Assembly (NCBI RefSeq): GCF_028641065.1
Contig: NC_073405.1
Location: 14,756,001 to 14,820,000, forward strand
DNA length: 64,000 bases
Direction: 5' to 3'
Origin: Leucoraja erinacea
Lineage: Eukaryota
The position numbers were made by a program, and so were the translations under genes. This document shows positions 51,996 to 63,845 of the stretch, piece by piece. Numbering within the stretch: the stretch's first letter is position 1; each line of letters begins with the position of its first letter. Below the pieces are notes generated by a model that saw only the letters and a program-made list of their open reading frames with translations, was not told the DNA's origin and did not search any database.

Positions 51996-52058
51996 AGGAT
52001 TTCCACCAGATGTCTACAGGAGAAGGGGGAGATTCAAAAACCTCAGGGTAAAGACTGA

Positions 52059-52284
52059 TGCCTCTGTCCCACTTAGGAAACCTGAACGGAAACCTCTGGA
52101 GACTTTGCGCCCCACCCAAGGTATCCTTGCGGCTCCCGGAGGTTTTTGTCAGTCTCCCTACCTGCTTCCATTACCTGCAACCTCCGGCAACCACCTGCAA
52201 CCTCCGGGAACCGCACGGAAACCTTGGGTGGGGCGCAACGTCTCCAGAGGTTACCGTTCAGGTTTCCTAAGTGGGGCAGGGGCT
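52059..52284. mobile_element. Palindromic MITE (Harbinger-like)
   Basis: About 85-bp inverted arms (gcctctgtcccacttaggaaacctgaacgg... and ...ccgttcaggtttcctaagtggggcaggggc); flanks tga and tca. Confidence 0.8.
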
Positions 52285-52369
52285 TCACTCTGCACCACAG
52301 CCTGTTTCAAACAATACCGTCTGCTCACTGATCAATCGTGAATCAAGAGACGAGGAGGGTTCCAGGGGA

Positions 52370-53600
52370 TAAATAAATGAAGTGGAGTAGGCCATAACAT
52401 GGGCAGATGTAGAATGGAAAGCCATCCAAATGGACTGGAGAACCATAAATGCTGAGTACTTTTTAAATGGTGAGAGATTGGGTAGTGTCAATATTTGAAG
52501 GGTTCTGGGTTTTCTGTGTACTGTGGAATCTAACATGGAGGTGCAACAAGTGATTTAGGAAGGCAAACAGTATGTTGGCTTTAATTGAGGGATTATTTGA
52601 GTGCAAGAGTCGAGAGTTACGTGACATTTCCAGCAATTAGAGACAGCCTTGGTGAGATCATATCTGGAGTTGCGCTTGCAGTTTTAATCTCTTACCTGGG
52701 GGAGGATATACTGACTGTGTGTAGAGGCAGTGAAGGTTCAGCTGACTTGTTCTGTGATGGCAGATCCGTTTTATGTGCAGGGATTGAGCAGGCTGGACGA
52801 GAGTTTGGAATAATGAGAGGTGACCACGGGGTGGAAGATTGCAACCTTCACGTGATCCGCCCTTGTTTCGACGAATGCAATCAACTCGGTGTGCACAATC
52901 AAATAAGATCAAATAGAACAAGTTGTCCTACAACTTTAAGCTGTGCACGCCATACACAAGAAGAAGAAGTAGAAGAGGTGACCAGACTGAAACATACAGA
53001 GTTCTCAGATAGGTAGACATGGGTTTGAGTTTGAGTTTAGTTTATTGTCACGTGTACTGATGTACAGTGAAAAACGTTTGCTGCATGCTAACCAGTCAAC
53101 GAAAAGGCAATACATGATTACAATCGAGCCATCCACATTGTACAGATACACGATAAAGGGAATAAAGTGAATAATGTTTAGTGCAGGATAAAGCCAATAA
53201 AGTCCGATCAAAAATAGTCCGAGGGTCTCCAATGAGATAGATAGTAGTTCAGGACTGCTCTCCAGTTGTTGGTAGGGTGGTTCCGTTTTCTGATAACAGC
53301 TGGTCCAATGTTTCCACTAGAACCACTGGTCACAGTCTCAGGATATGAGGCAGGCTATTTACAACTGGGATGAGGAAAAATGTCATCACACTAGGTGGCA
53401 GATCCGGGGAATTCTCTACCCCGGAATTCAGTCACCGGGTTCATTGCAGATATTGATAGATCACTGGATGTTTAGTCAACCAAGAGAAATGGGAATAGAG
53501 CAGGAAAACAGCACCGAGGAGACCAGCCATGCTCTAGCTAAATGACAAAGCAGACTTGAGGGAGGATGGCCTCTTGATCGTATACCTCTGATTCTGAAGC
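52370..53600 (+). mobile_element. Degenerate CR1 LINE carrying two nested retroelement tails
   Basis: CR1 remnants interrupted at 52827-52973 by a (GAA)n-tailed insert with TSD agaggtgacca, and at about 53020-53305 by a minus-strand Rex/L2 tail. Confidence 0.65.
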
Positions 53601-54297
53601 ACAGGTTCCCGTTTTGCTGACTAGGTGAAACATAACACACAAACCAATCTCCCTTCCGTCGACTCCATCTATACTTCACACTGCCTCGGCAAGGCTGTCA
53701 GCATCATCAAGGACTAGTCTCACCCTGGCAGAGATACAGAAGTTTGAAAATGCAACCCACCAGATTCAGGGACAGTTTTGTTCCAGCTGTTATCTGGCAA
53801 CTGAACAGCAGACTCCCATCTATCTTATGGGATACCTTTGAACTTTCTTTAATCTGACTTTATCGGACTTCAGTGTAATATCTTTGCACTAAATATTGAA
53901 ATCTTTATCCTTTATCTTTGCACTGTGGGTGGCTTAATTGTACTCATGAAGAGTCTTTTTTTTACTGAATAGCATGCAAACAAACGTTTCTCACTGTACC
54001 TCAGTGCACGTGAAGCTGACATTGCCCCAACACATGAGGCATCAGAATGGGACCCAATGTTTTGTGTGGAGTAGAGGCAAGAATATTTATTTCAGAAGAG
54101 CAGCGTATAAAGAGCCTGTGTTTTTGTCCACGTCCAGTCTAGGATTGAAATATGTTTCATGACAAACTCTGAAAGGTGTGTCAGTGATGTTTTGCATTCA
54201 GCTTCCTCTCTGGAAGTGTAAGCTGTGTTTGGTGTTTATAGCCAGGCTCTGAGCTAAGCTATTTAATCTCAGATTCTCTGATCTATTGCCATTTCAG

Positions 54298-54386
54298 ACT
54301 CCTCCCACCTTCAAAGCCAAGGCCCTAGCTGCCTGAGTCGGTCTGTGCTTTGTCGTTATCAGGATTTCCAAGAGTCATCACCACAG
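54298..54386 (+). CDS. ADAM10: ADAM10-like exon 5 (DSSHLQSQGPSCLSRSVLCRYQDFQESSPQ), GC donor
   Basis: atttcag acceptor; phase 1 to 0 bridges exons 4 and 6; GPSC corresponds to the ADAM10 prodomain GPQGGC; ends in CAG|GCAAGT. Confidence 0.75.
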
Positions 54387-56358
54387 GCAAGTGATTCCAT
54401 GAGGCACCATTGCCAGCAGCTTTCTCTGGTATTCAAGGCTTGGATTTCTGCCGAATTGTCAAGTCAAGTGGAATCACTTTTATTTATATAGCACATTTAA
54501 AAAACAACTCTCGTTGGCCAAAGTGCTTTACATTTGTACAGAATTGGGCTGTGGGATATGGGAGGGGGGAGCAGGTTAGGTCTGTGAGTGGGGAGATTCA
54601 GCCAAAGTACCTCCCAAGGATGGGATGATGGGAATTACCACACTAATTAATTACATGATCTGGAATTTGAAGATAAACTAGTCGGTAACACTGAACATGA
54701 ACCACTAGGTTGTCAGTAAAACCCATCTCCTCCACTCATCTGCCGTCCTCCAGCTTGACCTCAGATAAATGTGACTGTTCTCTGTCCACTGCCGTGGCCC
54801 AGTGGGTCAAAGCCATCAAGTAATGAAAGACAAAGATAAAACCAAATGGAGCACGCAACACCAACTCACAATTTGGATATAGCAAAGTCCTTACATGAGA
54901 CCTGGGTCCAGTGCCTAAATTGTATTTTTATTTAAAGGTTGCAAAGAAATACCTGGGAGCTATAGACCAGTAAAATGCTGACATCTGGTATGACAGGTAT
55001 TATAACAGCATTTACAGTCATTTGGACAGGTATAGTGACAGGAAAGATGCAGAGGAATGTGGGCCAGGCATGGTCAGATGGGGTGTGTAGGAAGGAACTG
55101 CAAGATAGACACAAAGAGCTGGAGTAACTCAGCAGGACAGGCCGCATCTCTGGAGAGAGCGATTCCTTCTCTCCAGAGATGCTGCCTGTCCTGCTGAGTT
55201 ACTCCAGCTTTTTGTGTCTTATTTATGATCAGATGGGACTAGCTTACATGAGGTATCTTGGTCGGGTGCCTGAACTGGGCCATGGAACCTGTACGACTAT
55301 GACTCAAGGAGAAATATCAAGGTATTGTAGGTTACAAGCCAAGCATTGAAAAATGGGACGTGTGGACAGGTACTCGATGGGCTGCATGGGCCTCCATACC
55401 GCCATGATCACGACCTACAGGTCCATCTCCGGATCACACACCATCTTGATATGTGACACTGCCTTCATCGACGCCGGGTTCAAATCCTGGAACTTCCTCC
55501 CCAACTGAATTATGGTTGCCCTCTGTGATTCTAGAAGGTGTCTCACCAACTTCTCCAGGGACGGCCAATGGTCTTGCCAGTGGTGTCCACTTCTTTAACA
55601 AATTAGTAACAAACATGCTGGTGGAACTATAGTTATTCAACAGGTGGAGCACTATGTATCGTTCTCTCTCGTGACAAGGTGCATTGGCACTAGAGATGAT
55701 GAGGATTTGTACAGATGTGCCAGATGTTGCCAGGACTGTAGTCTTTTACATCCCAGGATAGGCTGACAAATCTGGATTGTTTATCTTGGATAAGGCGATT
55801 GAGGAGGGATTCACTCCTGGTGTGCAAACATTTAACTTTGGTGTACACTGTGGAGCACAGGCTTGAATTAAATAGTATGGGAGGTTTAAAAAGGAATGGC
55901 CCAAAAATCTCCAATCATCAAGGCGTAAGTTTGGGAGCTCGCTGCCTGAGAGGGTCCTGCAGGCAGGAAATATCACTGTATGAAAACAGTGCAGAGATGA
56001 TCTCCCGAGGGCCACAAATCAAGAGCTGGTAGGTGAAAGTAACCAGGAGCCCAGGCTTGGGTATGATGGGCAAAATGCCTCATGCACAGTAAGAAGTGGT
56101 GCTTCTATTTCTGTTGTTGTATCGACAGTAACCCAGGGAGCAGTCTCCAGCTTTTTGTGTCTATCTTCGGTTTAAATCAGCATCTGACAGTCTTCACTCT
56201 GTCCGCATCCTCAAAGAAACCATCAGCCTTGGTCCTCTCGCAGTGCCCAATGCCTACCGTTCATTCTCCAGCCTACTTTATAGGTTGTGCCCACTGATTT
56301 CTCTGAACAAAGTGCTGTGCACATTTGGAGCCTCTAATTCATCCTTTTGGTTTCACAG

Positions 56359-56481
56359 GAGGCCCTGCATTCCAGACCAAAACGGAGTGTTGAATACAGT
56401 CGGACTACCTGCCTGTTGCACCTGTACGCTGACCACCTTTACACCAAGCGGCTGGGCGACAGCAAGAGCGTCACGGCACAG
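56359..56481 (+). CDS. ADAM10: ADAM10-like exon 6, furin site and start of the metalloprotease domain (RPKR|SVEYSRTTCLLHLYADHLY)
   Basis: Aligns to RKKR [24 protein letters not shown]..AVIAQ. Confidence 0.93.
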
Positions 56482-57054
56482 GTAGCAACAGGGTTCCCGT
56501 CAGCACCCGTCCAGCATCAGGCAGCACCACCACCAGCACACCCCTACACCTAGTCTGACACTGTATGTAGAAGGGTAAATCTGACCACAGCCAGCACATA
56601 TGGTGAAATTACACACACCTTAGTGTGTAACCACGAGAGTCATTGTGTCATATAGCATGGAAACGGACCCTTTGGCCCAACTTGTCCATGCCGACCAAGA
56701 TGCCCCCATCTAAGCTAGTCCCATTTGCCTGTATTTGGTCCACATCCCTATAAACATTTTCTATCCACGTGTTGTCCAAGTGTCTTTTAATGTTATTCCT
56801 TTACCTGCTTCAACCACTTCCTCTGACAGCTCGTTCCATTTTATTCACCCACCACCTTCTGAGTGAAAAAATTGCCCCTCAGGTTCCTATCAATTGTTTC
56901 CTCTCTCTAGACAACGTCCTCTGGTTCTTGATTCCCCCCCCCCTCCCCCGGGTAAAAGACTGTACATTCACCCAATCAGTTCCCCTCGTGATCTTATGAG
57001 AGGGGTAAAGAACTGTGACAATGCCACGCAAGGAAGGAGTTGCAGAGAAAGTAA

Positions 57055-57390
57055 GGAAACATGGAAACAAATAGGTGCAGGAGTAGGCACTGCCATTCGA
57101 TATGATCATGGCTGATCATCCAACTCAGTATCCCGTACCTGCCTTCTCTCCATACCCCCCTGATCCCTTTAGCCACAAGGGCCAGATCTAACTCCCTCTT
57201 AAATATAGCCAATGAACTGGCCTCAGCTACGTTCTGTGGCAGAGAGTTCCAGAGATTCGCCACTCTCTGTGTGATTTTTTTTTTTCTCATCTCGGTCCTA
57301 AAAGATTTCCCCTTTATCCTTAAACTGTGACCCCTTGTTCTGGACTTCCCCAACATCGGGAACAATCTTCCTGCATCTAGCCTGTCCAAG
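57055..57390 (-). mobile_element. CR1/HER1-type LINE 3' fragment
   Basis: DRLDAGRLFPMLGKSRTRGHSLRIKG..QRVANLWNSLP. Confidence 0.85.
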
Positions 57391-58451
57391 GAAGTCTGTC
57401 AAAGGAAGCAAAGACCAGTCAGTCAACAATCACTGAAAGAACACCAATATCTATAACTTAGGATACAAAGTGCTGAAGTAACTCAGCAGGTGTGGCAGCA
57501 TCTCTGGAGAACATGGATAGGGTGACATTTTGGGTTGGGACCCTTCTTCAGACTTCTTCAGTCCCTCAGATACATCAATATAATAGTAGCAGTTTCTCAG
57601 CTGCACTCATATTGCGTCCACAATGATATCTCGTTCACATTGGTATCTCAGCAACATCAATATTTCAGTCACACTGATATATCAGCAACTTCAGTATCTC
57701 ATCCACATTGATATCACAGCCACAATGATATCCCAGCAAGATGAGCCCCAAGTTACTGGTGCGCCTTTGTAGATGGCTTGGGCCTTAGACTGTGCCCTGC
57801 AGACATAGGATACATTTCACTGGAAAACAAACTCCAGGGGAATTTCATGAAAATCTAAACAAAAGCACTGCTTGATATAAATACTTTTAGCTGTTTGTGG
57901 CAGCAAATGTGATGTAGGGTAGGATGACAGCAGCAGATGTTTAGAGGAGGGTTTCAGGACAGCTGTCTGCAGCTGGCATAGCTGAATTAACCTCTTGCTT
58001 AGTTAGTGACTGAGAACTTGCAGCTTGATGTTTTCACGTTAGTGGGACATATCTGGACTGATGTGGGCAGAGATGCTTTTTAATCACTGTTCAATCTTAA
58101 TCTTTGAATATCAATCAGAAGCAAATTTCCATCATGTAACATTGCCCGATTTCAAGCAACAAGCATCCATGCCTGTCACAAGTCTTCAATTGAGCCCAAT
58201 GGCAAGTAACGTTGATCAAAATCAGCACCGGTCACGCATTGCAACCTCAGTAACACCCAAAAATCTCAATGTGAAACAAACAAGGCACTTGTTGAGAAAA
58301 TGTTTAACCAGACCTGAACGGTCCTGACCCAACCCATTGCTTGGCCAGTTCCTCCATAGATGCTGCCTGGGCCGTTGAATTCCTCCAACACTTTGTGTTA
58401 TTCTCAAGATTCAAGCATCTGCAGTTCCTCTTGTCTCAATTTCACCCACCC

Positions 58452-58504
<53 letters not shown>

Positions 58505-58848
58505 TTTATTTATAAAGCGCTTTTAGACAACATCAGTTACCACAAAGTGCTGTACATGGGAAGTCATCAAAAAGTTATTACAAACTACTAAAACCATTAA
58601 GACGGCAGGACTATAAAAACAGTAAAAATTAAAAGACATTAAAAGCACTAAAAACAGGAACAATGTCTCAGCCAGTGTCGAAAGCCAGTGAATAAAAGTG
58701 AGTTTTTAGGGAGGAGTTAAAGATGGACAGTGAAGGGGCCTGTCTGATCTGCAGCGGCAAGGTGTTCCAGAGTGCCGGGGCAGCAACAGAAAAGGCTCTA
58801 TCCCCTCTGAGCTTCCGCTTAGACCTTGGTACCTCAAGGAGCCGCTGA
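58452..58848 (-). mobile_element. L2-type LINE 3' end with (TAT)n tail
   Basis: (ATA)n at 58452-58503 followed by tttatttataaagcgc...gttccagagt..gaaaaggctct, the reverse-complement pattern of an L2 3' end. Confidence 0.7.
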
Positions 58849-58884
58849 TCCTTGAGGTACCAATAATGTTTTTGCTTCCCCCAG

Positions 58885-58977
58885 ATTTCAAGTTATATGA
58901 AGGCGGTGAATGAAATATATGAAAATGTGAACTTTGCCGGGATACGTCAAATAAATTTCAAGGTGAAGAAATTGGTG
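58885..58977 (+). CDS. ADAM10: ADAM10-like exon 7 (ISSYMKAVNEIYENVNFAGIRQINFKVKKLV)
   Basis: Aligns to [31 protein letters not shown]; 93 nt. Confidence 0.95.
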
Positions 58978-59290
58978 GTGAGTACCATTATTTAGGCAAC
59001 TATTGAGACATCCAGAATGGGAAGGTTCATACCTCTGGTATCATGCACAGGTAATTTATTTCTTCCTTTCACAAGATGTGTTTGCTATAGAGTTCCTGAA
59101 GGAGCAACCTATTGCTGCTGATGTGAGATCCCAAGAATATAGTCATTATGCCACTTGCGATGTTTTGTAGTATTGCTTTGTAATTGTTATGTTATGTTGT
59201 TACATTTCACTTATAAAATCGCTGGGTTTATTACCTCTTTAGAGACTGATCTTTCTTTTCATGCTTGTACTTTGAACTGTTGAACTATAG

Positions 59291-59459
59291 ATTGACTCCG
59301 AATACAATGAAACCAACCCCCTCCATGGACGCTTCATCAGTGTGGACAAACTCCTGGAACTGTTCTCCAAGAGAGACTGGAGTGAATACTGTCTGTCCTA
59401 CCTCCTGTCAGACCGCGATTACGACGGCATCCTGGGAGTGGCCTGGCTGGCAAAGACCG
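59291..59459 (+). CDS. ADAM10: ADAM10-like exon 8 (ETNPLHGRFISVDKLLELFSKRDWSEYCLSYLLSDRDYDGILGVAWLA)
   Basis: Aligns to [42 protein letters not shown]. Confidence 0.95.
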
Positions 59460-59887
59460 GTAGGTTTGTCCGAAGCTGGTAGTAGAGTCACTGCGAAGGG
59501 GAGCATGCAGGAACACAATCCCCAGGAACACAGCAGGAGCAGCCGACTGAGCTGTGGGAGAGGCTGTGACGTTAATGGTTAGCACCAAGCCCCAGCTCCC
59601 TAACTTAAGAGAACCTGCCTTCAGAGCCCACCCGAGGGGCTCAAGCACCTTCCCCAGCCCAAGGCTGCATCTCAATCTGGCACTGAGCTGCCTTCAGCTG
59701 GGAGGAAATGGTCAGAAACATCCCCTCAGGTTCAACCGCATTTCACTGCCTCCACATTAAATTACATATCTCTTTCTCACTTCTGATAAACTTAGGAATG
59801 TTTAAAACACTACATCTTTTGATAACCTCCGGTGCTGCCTGACCTGCTGAGCTTTTCCTACACTTTAGGTTATTGTTTGCAAGTGGT

Positions 59888-60040
59888 GTCTGTGTGTTTA
59901 TGTGTGTGTTTATGCTTCTGTTTATGGGTATATTTGTGTGTGTGTGTATGTGTGTGTCCATATGGGTTTATGTGTATGTGTCATTATGTGTGTGTTTATG
60001 TGTGTGTGTGTTTATGTGTGTGTGTTTATGTGCGTGTGTG
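59888..60040. repeat. Imperfect (TG)n microsatellite
   Basis: Directly visible. Confidence 0.9.
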
Positions 60041-60317
60041 GTCGTCAAACTCCAGTTAATATCCAGAATGAACTGCTCTCTGAATGGGGAATCTCTGGAC
60101 CTCTTCAACTACCCACAAGGAATATGCTTCCTTCTTTCACCGCTGAACTAGCTTGATGAAAGTTGCTACTCTGTCGCGCATTCCCCAGAGGGGATGCATC
60201 CGTTACCCTTTAGTTTGAGCAGGAAACGTGTTCAGCAGAGACCCAGTGGGCTATAGGGCATGTTCCTGTGCTGTACTATACAGAGCTTCATGTTGTGTCC
60301 TTCTCCCCGACTCTCAG

Positions 60318-60451
60318 GAGATTCTGGTGGGATTTGCTCTCGCACACACAACACTGGCTTGATCACACTGCAGAAGTATGGCGTGCAGATTCCTACGAGA
60401 ATGGTCCACATCACCCTGGCTCATGAACTCGGTCACAGTCTGGGATCCCCT
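60318..60451 (+). CDS. ADAM10: ADAM10-like exon 9, zinc-binding motif (NTGLITLQKYG...ITLAHELGHSLGSP)
   Basis: HExxHxxGxx(H) metzincin motif; ADAM10 has NTGIITVQNYG..ITFAHEVGHNFGSP. Confidence 0.97.
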
Positions 60452-61699
60452 GTGAGTATATGTGTATCACAACTAAGCTTTGGGGTTATAATTGTAATAG
60501 GGGAATATCAGATTCACCAAACTGAGATCGGGAGAAAGGGGTTACATTCAGATAACTGAGTTGTGAAGGTCAGAGGGTGTCGGGATTACCCGAATTAGTG
60601 GATGCTGGTGACATTTAGTTTAGTTTAGAGATTCAGCATGGAGACAGGCTCTTCAGCTCACCATGTCCACATCGAACATCAATCACCCATTCATTCATCA
60701 CTCTTTCACACTAGTTCAATGTTAGCCAGTCCCAAAACAGTAGGGGCAATTTACAGTAGCCAATTAGCCTACAAACCCACACATCTTTGGGATATGTGAG
60801 GAAACCTCAGAGGAAACCCACTCAGTCACAAGGGGGATCGTGCAAACTCCACACAGTCAGCACTCGAGTTGCGAGACAGCAGCTCTACCAGCTGCCCCAC
60901 TGTGCCACGTTACACATCTCCTGTGAGATGATTGGGTTGCCGGGAGAGGTAGAGCAGAGGGCAGTGAATGGAGCTCAGCGCCCATCATCCCTGATAGGGT
61001 GGGGGTTGAACTGCCATCAGCAGATGATATGTGTCACTGTTATGACACTCACTGCTGAGGTGAAATGAGGTCCAAGAGTGGGGGACTCCAGGTACTGGAG
61101 TGGTGGCACAGCACGTTTTCTTGATCAAATTGCCAAATAGAGAGATTTCATCCCAAAACTTTAGCAGTGAGAGCCGCAAACAACGGAATCAAATAACTCT
61201 GGATAAGAAAGCCAAGTGACATCACCCCCAAATCACCTTCAAACCAGCGGCATCAATCACAAGGGGCAAATACTGGTGTTTTTTCCCTTTGAAGTTTGCT
61301 CTTGAATGTGTGTCAGTAGATCTGAAGCCACAAGGGCATTTCCAACACTGAACTGTGTGAAAATCCTTCCCTTCAGGCTGCCTTTCATTCTTTAGATCTG
61401 AGTCTTGGGTTATTGATCTCTCAGCTCCTGTAGACAGTGTCTCATTGATAACTCTGTTTGAACAGGCCATAGTTTTAACCCTCTGTCAAATCTCCAGGGG
61501 AAAAAAAACTCTCCCAAATTGGTGAGATGGTGGAGGGTTGGTTCAGCATTTAAAGTGACATCTGGTTTTGTACGGCTTGATTGTAATCATGTATTGTCAT
61601 TCGGCTGACTGGTTAGCATGCGACAAAAGCTTTTCATTGTAATGTGACATAAATTAAACTTCACTTCAACTTCAGAAATGTTCTGTCTTTGTTTCCCAG

Positions 61700-61880
61700 C
61701 ACGACGAGGGGAAAGAGTGCATCCCAGAGGAATCTTCAGCCTCCCAGGGGAACGATGGAAACTACCTGATGTATCCCTACGCTTCCGATGGACTTGAGTA
61801 TAACAACGACAGACTCTCCCCGTGTACCATCCAGTACATCAGCAAGGTGCTGATGGTGAAGAAAGACCAGTGCTTTGCGG
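61700..61880 (+). CDS. ADAM10: ADAM10-like exon 10, third His and Met-turn (HDEGKECIP...GNYLMYPYASDG..NNDRLSPCTIQYISKVL..KKDQCFA)
   Basis: Aligns to [47 protein letters not shown]. Confidence 0.96.
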
Positions 61881-62584
61881 GTGAGCGGGGAAGCCTCTGA
61901 CGAGGCTCCACTGGAGGCCCAGGATGTGGGGTTCAGATCCCTCATGGACAGACAGCTAGCCATCCAACCTTCCATTGAGAGAGAAGGGGGCTACAGTTCA
62001 ACAGCTCTCTCACGGACATCAGGGCAAAGTGCCAGAGGCTCTGTGGGATTCCCCAGGGGATGAAGAGGGGTCTCCCACAGAAACCTCCTCCCAAGACTCC
62101 AATGCCCAGACCAAATTGGTGTTTTTTGTAGTCCATTTATTTGGAGAGTTTATCGTTCCCGACACTGTTTGGTGGGTTGTTTCAATGTGACCCGGAGCTG
62201 GCGAGGAAGTTTGAAGTGCAGTGCATAGCGCAGGCCCTTCGGCCCAACCGGTGCATACCGAGTACCATCTGCACTTCATAAGTTCATAATTCCACTCCGC
62301 GCTCATCCCATTTCCAGCATTTAGCCAATTGCATTCGTGCCTTCGTATCTTCATTGCACTCCTGAAATATACTGAGGTTCCCCATCCTTCTGGCTGTGGG
62401 TTCTGACCCCAAACCATCCTCCACGTGTAAAACTTATCTCTCAAACACCATCTCAACCTACTGCCCCACTCCTTAAGCCTGTACTTCCTGGTCTTAGATG
62501 CATCTGCCATGGGGTAAAGATAGTCTACACTATCTATGCTCCTCGTAACCCTGGATACCCACGTCAGGTCTGTCTGTAGACATA

Positions 62585-62995
62585 GTGAATGGGAGGAGTA
62601 GTGAGGGAGGGAGTGCGCGGAATGACAAGGAGAGTGAGTGAGAGGAGGGAGTGAGGAGTAGTGAGAGGAGGGTGTATGAAGAGTGGATGAGGGTTAGCAA
62701 GGGGAGTGAGGGTGAGGAGCAGTGAAGTGATTGGGTGGGGAGTGTTGGGGAGTTAGCGTGAGGAATAGAGAGGGAAGTGAGTGGCGAGGGGAGAGAGTGT
62801 GAGGAGTGGAAAAGGGAGAGAGTGTGAGGAGTAATAAGAGAAGGGAGTGTGTGAAGTGGTGAGGGAGTAAGTGAGGAGTGGCGAGGTGAGTATGAGGAGT
62901 GGCGAAGGAAGTAAATGAGGACTGTCGAGAGAGTGAGTGAGGAGGTTACAGGAGCAGGTAAGGTGTTGAGGAAGTGAGTGAGGAGCGCTGAGTGC
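62585..62995. repeat. Purine-rich (GAG/GTGA) low-complexity repeat
   Basis: gaggagtgagtgagagg-type degenerate units. Confidence 0.85.
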
Positions 62996-63128
62996 TGAGG
63001 TATGTTAGGTCCCCCATCATCTGGATCTGGGACCAGCCCAATGCTCCTCCAGCCCTCTGCCCCACACACTGGTTTCACTGTGATCGGTCGGTCGATGCGA
63101 CACCATGTTATCTCTGCTTGTCTTCCAG

Positions 63129-63273
63129 AGAGTGGGAGGCCGATTTGTGGCAACCAGTTGGTGGAGGAAGGGGAGGAGTGTGATGTTGGTCAAAGCAGCA
63201 ATGACCCTTGTTGCTATAGTGCCAGAGAACCCATCGAGGTGTCCTGTAAGCTGAAGCCGGGTGCCCTTTGCAG
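63129..63273 (+). CDS. ADAM10: ADAM10-like exon 11, disintegrin domain ([20 protein letters not shown]...CKLKPGALC)
   Basis: Aligns to [20 protein letters not shown]...CKLKPGKQCS. Confidence 0.96.
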
Positions 63274-63845
63274 GTGAGCTGCCCAAACTTCCGCACAAAC
63301 AGTTGGTGCTCTGTAGTCACTTGACCAGAGGTCGGGGCATCTCTCAGCCAAACTCTTCCATTTGGTCGTATGTGTCAGTGTACCGTGTGTCAGTGTATAG
63401 TGTGTCCATGTACAATGTATGTCCGTGTACAGTGTGTCCATTTACATATGGTGTCCATGTACAGTTGGTGTCAGTGTACAGAGGGTGGTGCTTATATGGA
63501 TCGAGCTGCCAGAGGAGGCAATTGAGGCAAGTACTATAATAACATTTAAAATACATTTGGATAGGTACCTGGATAGGAAAGGTTTAGAGATATATGGGCC
63601 AAATGTAGGCATGTGTAACTAGTGTAGATGGGACATTTTGGTCAGCATGGACTAGTTGGGCCGAAGGGCCTGTTTTCATGCTGTATGACTCTAAATCCAG
63701 CAGAAGGGTTGGATCACCCCACATTGTAGCCCACAGCCAGCGACTTAATGCAGATGCGAACAGTTGCAGTGCATTTGATCATTGGATACCTGTGACTAGT
63801 TTGATGCATTCTCACCATATTGTACTTACTCCGTTACTCCTATAG

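Noticed and set aside
62530-63153. 207-aa Ser/Leu/His/Pro-rich minus-strand ORF
   Set aside because: Translation of a low-complexity purine repeat
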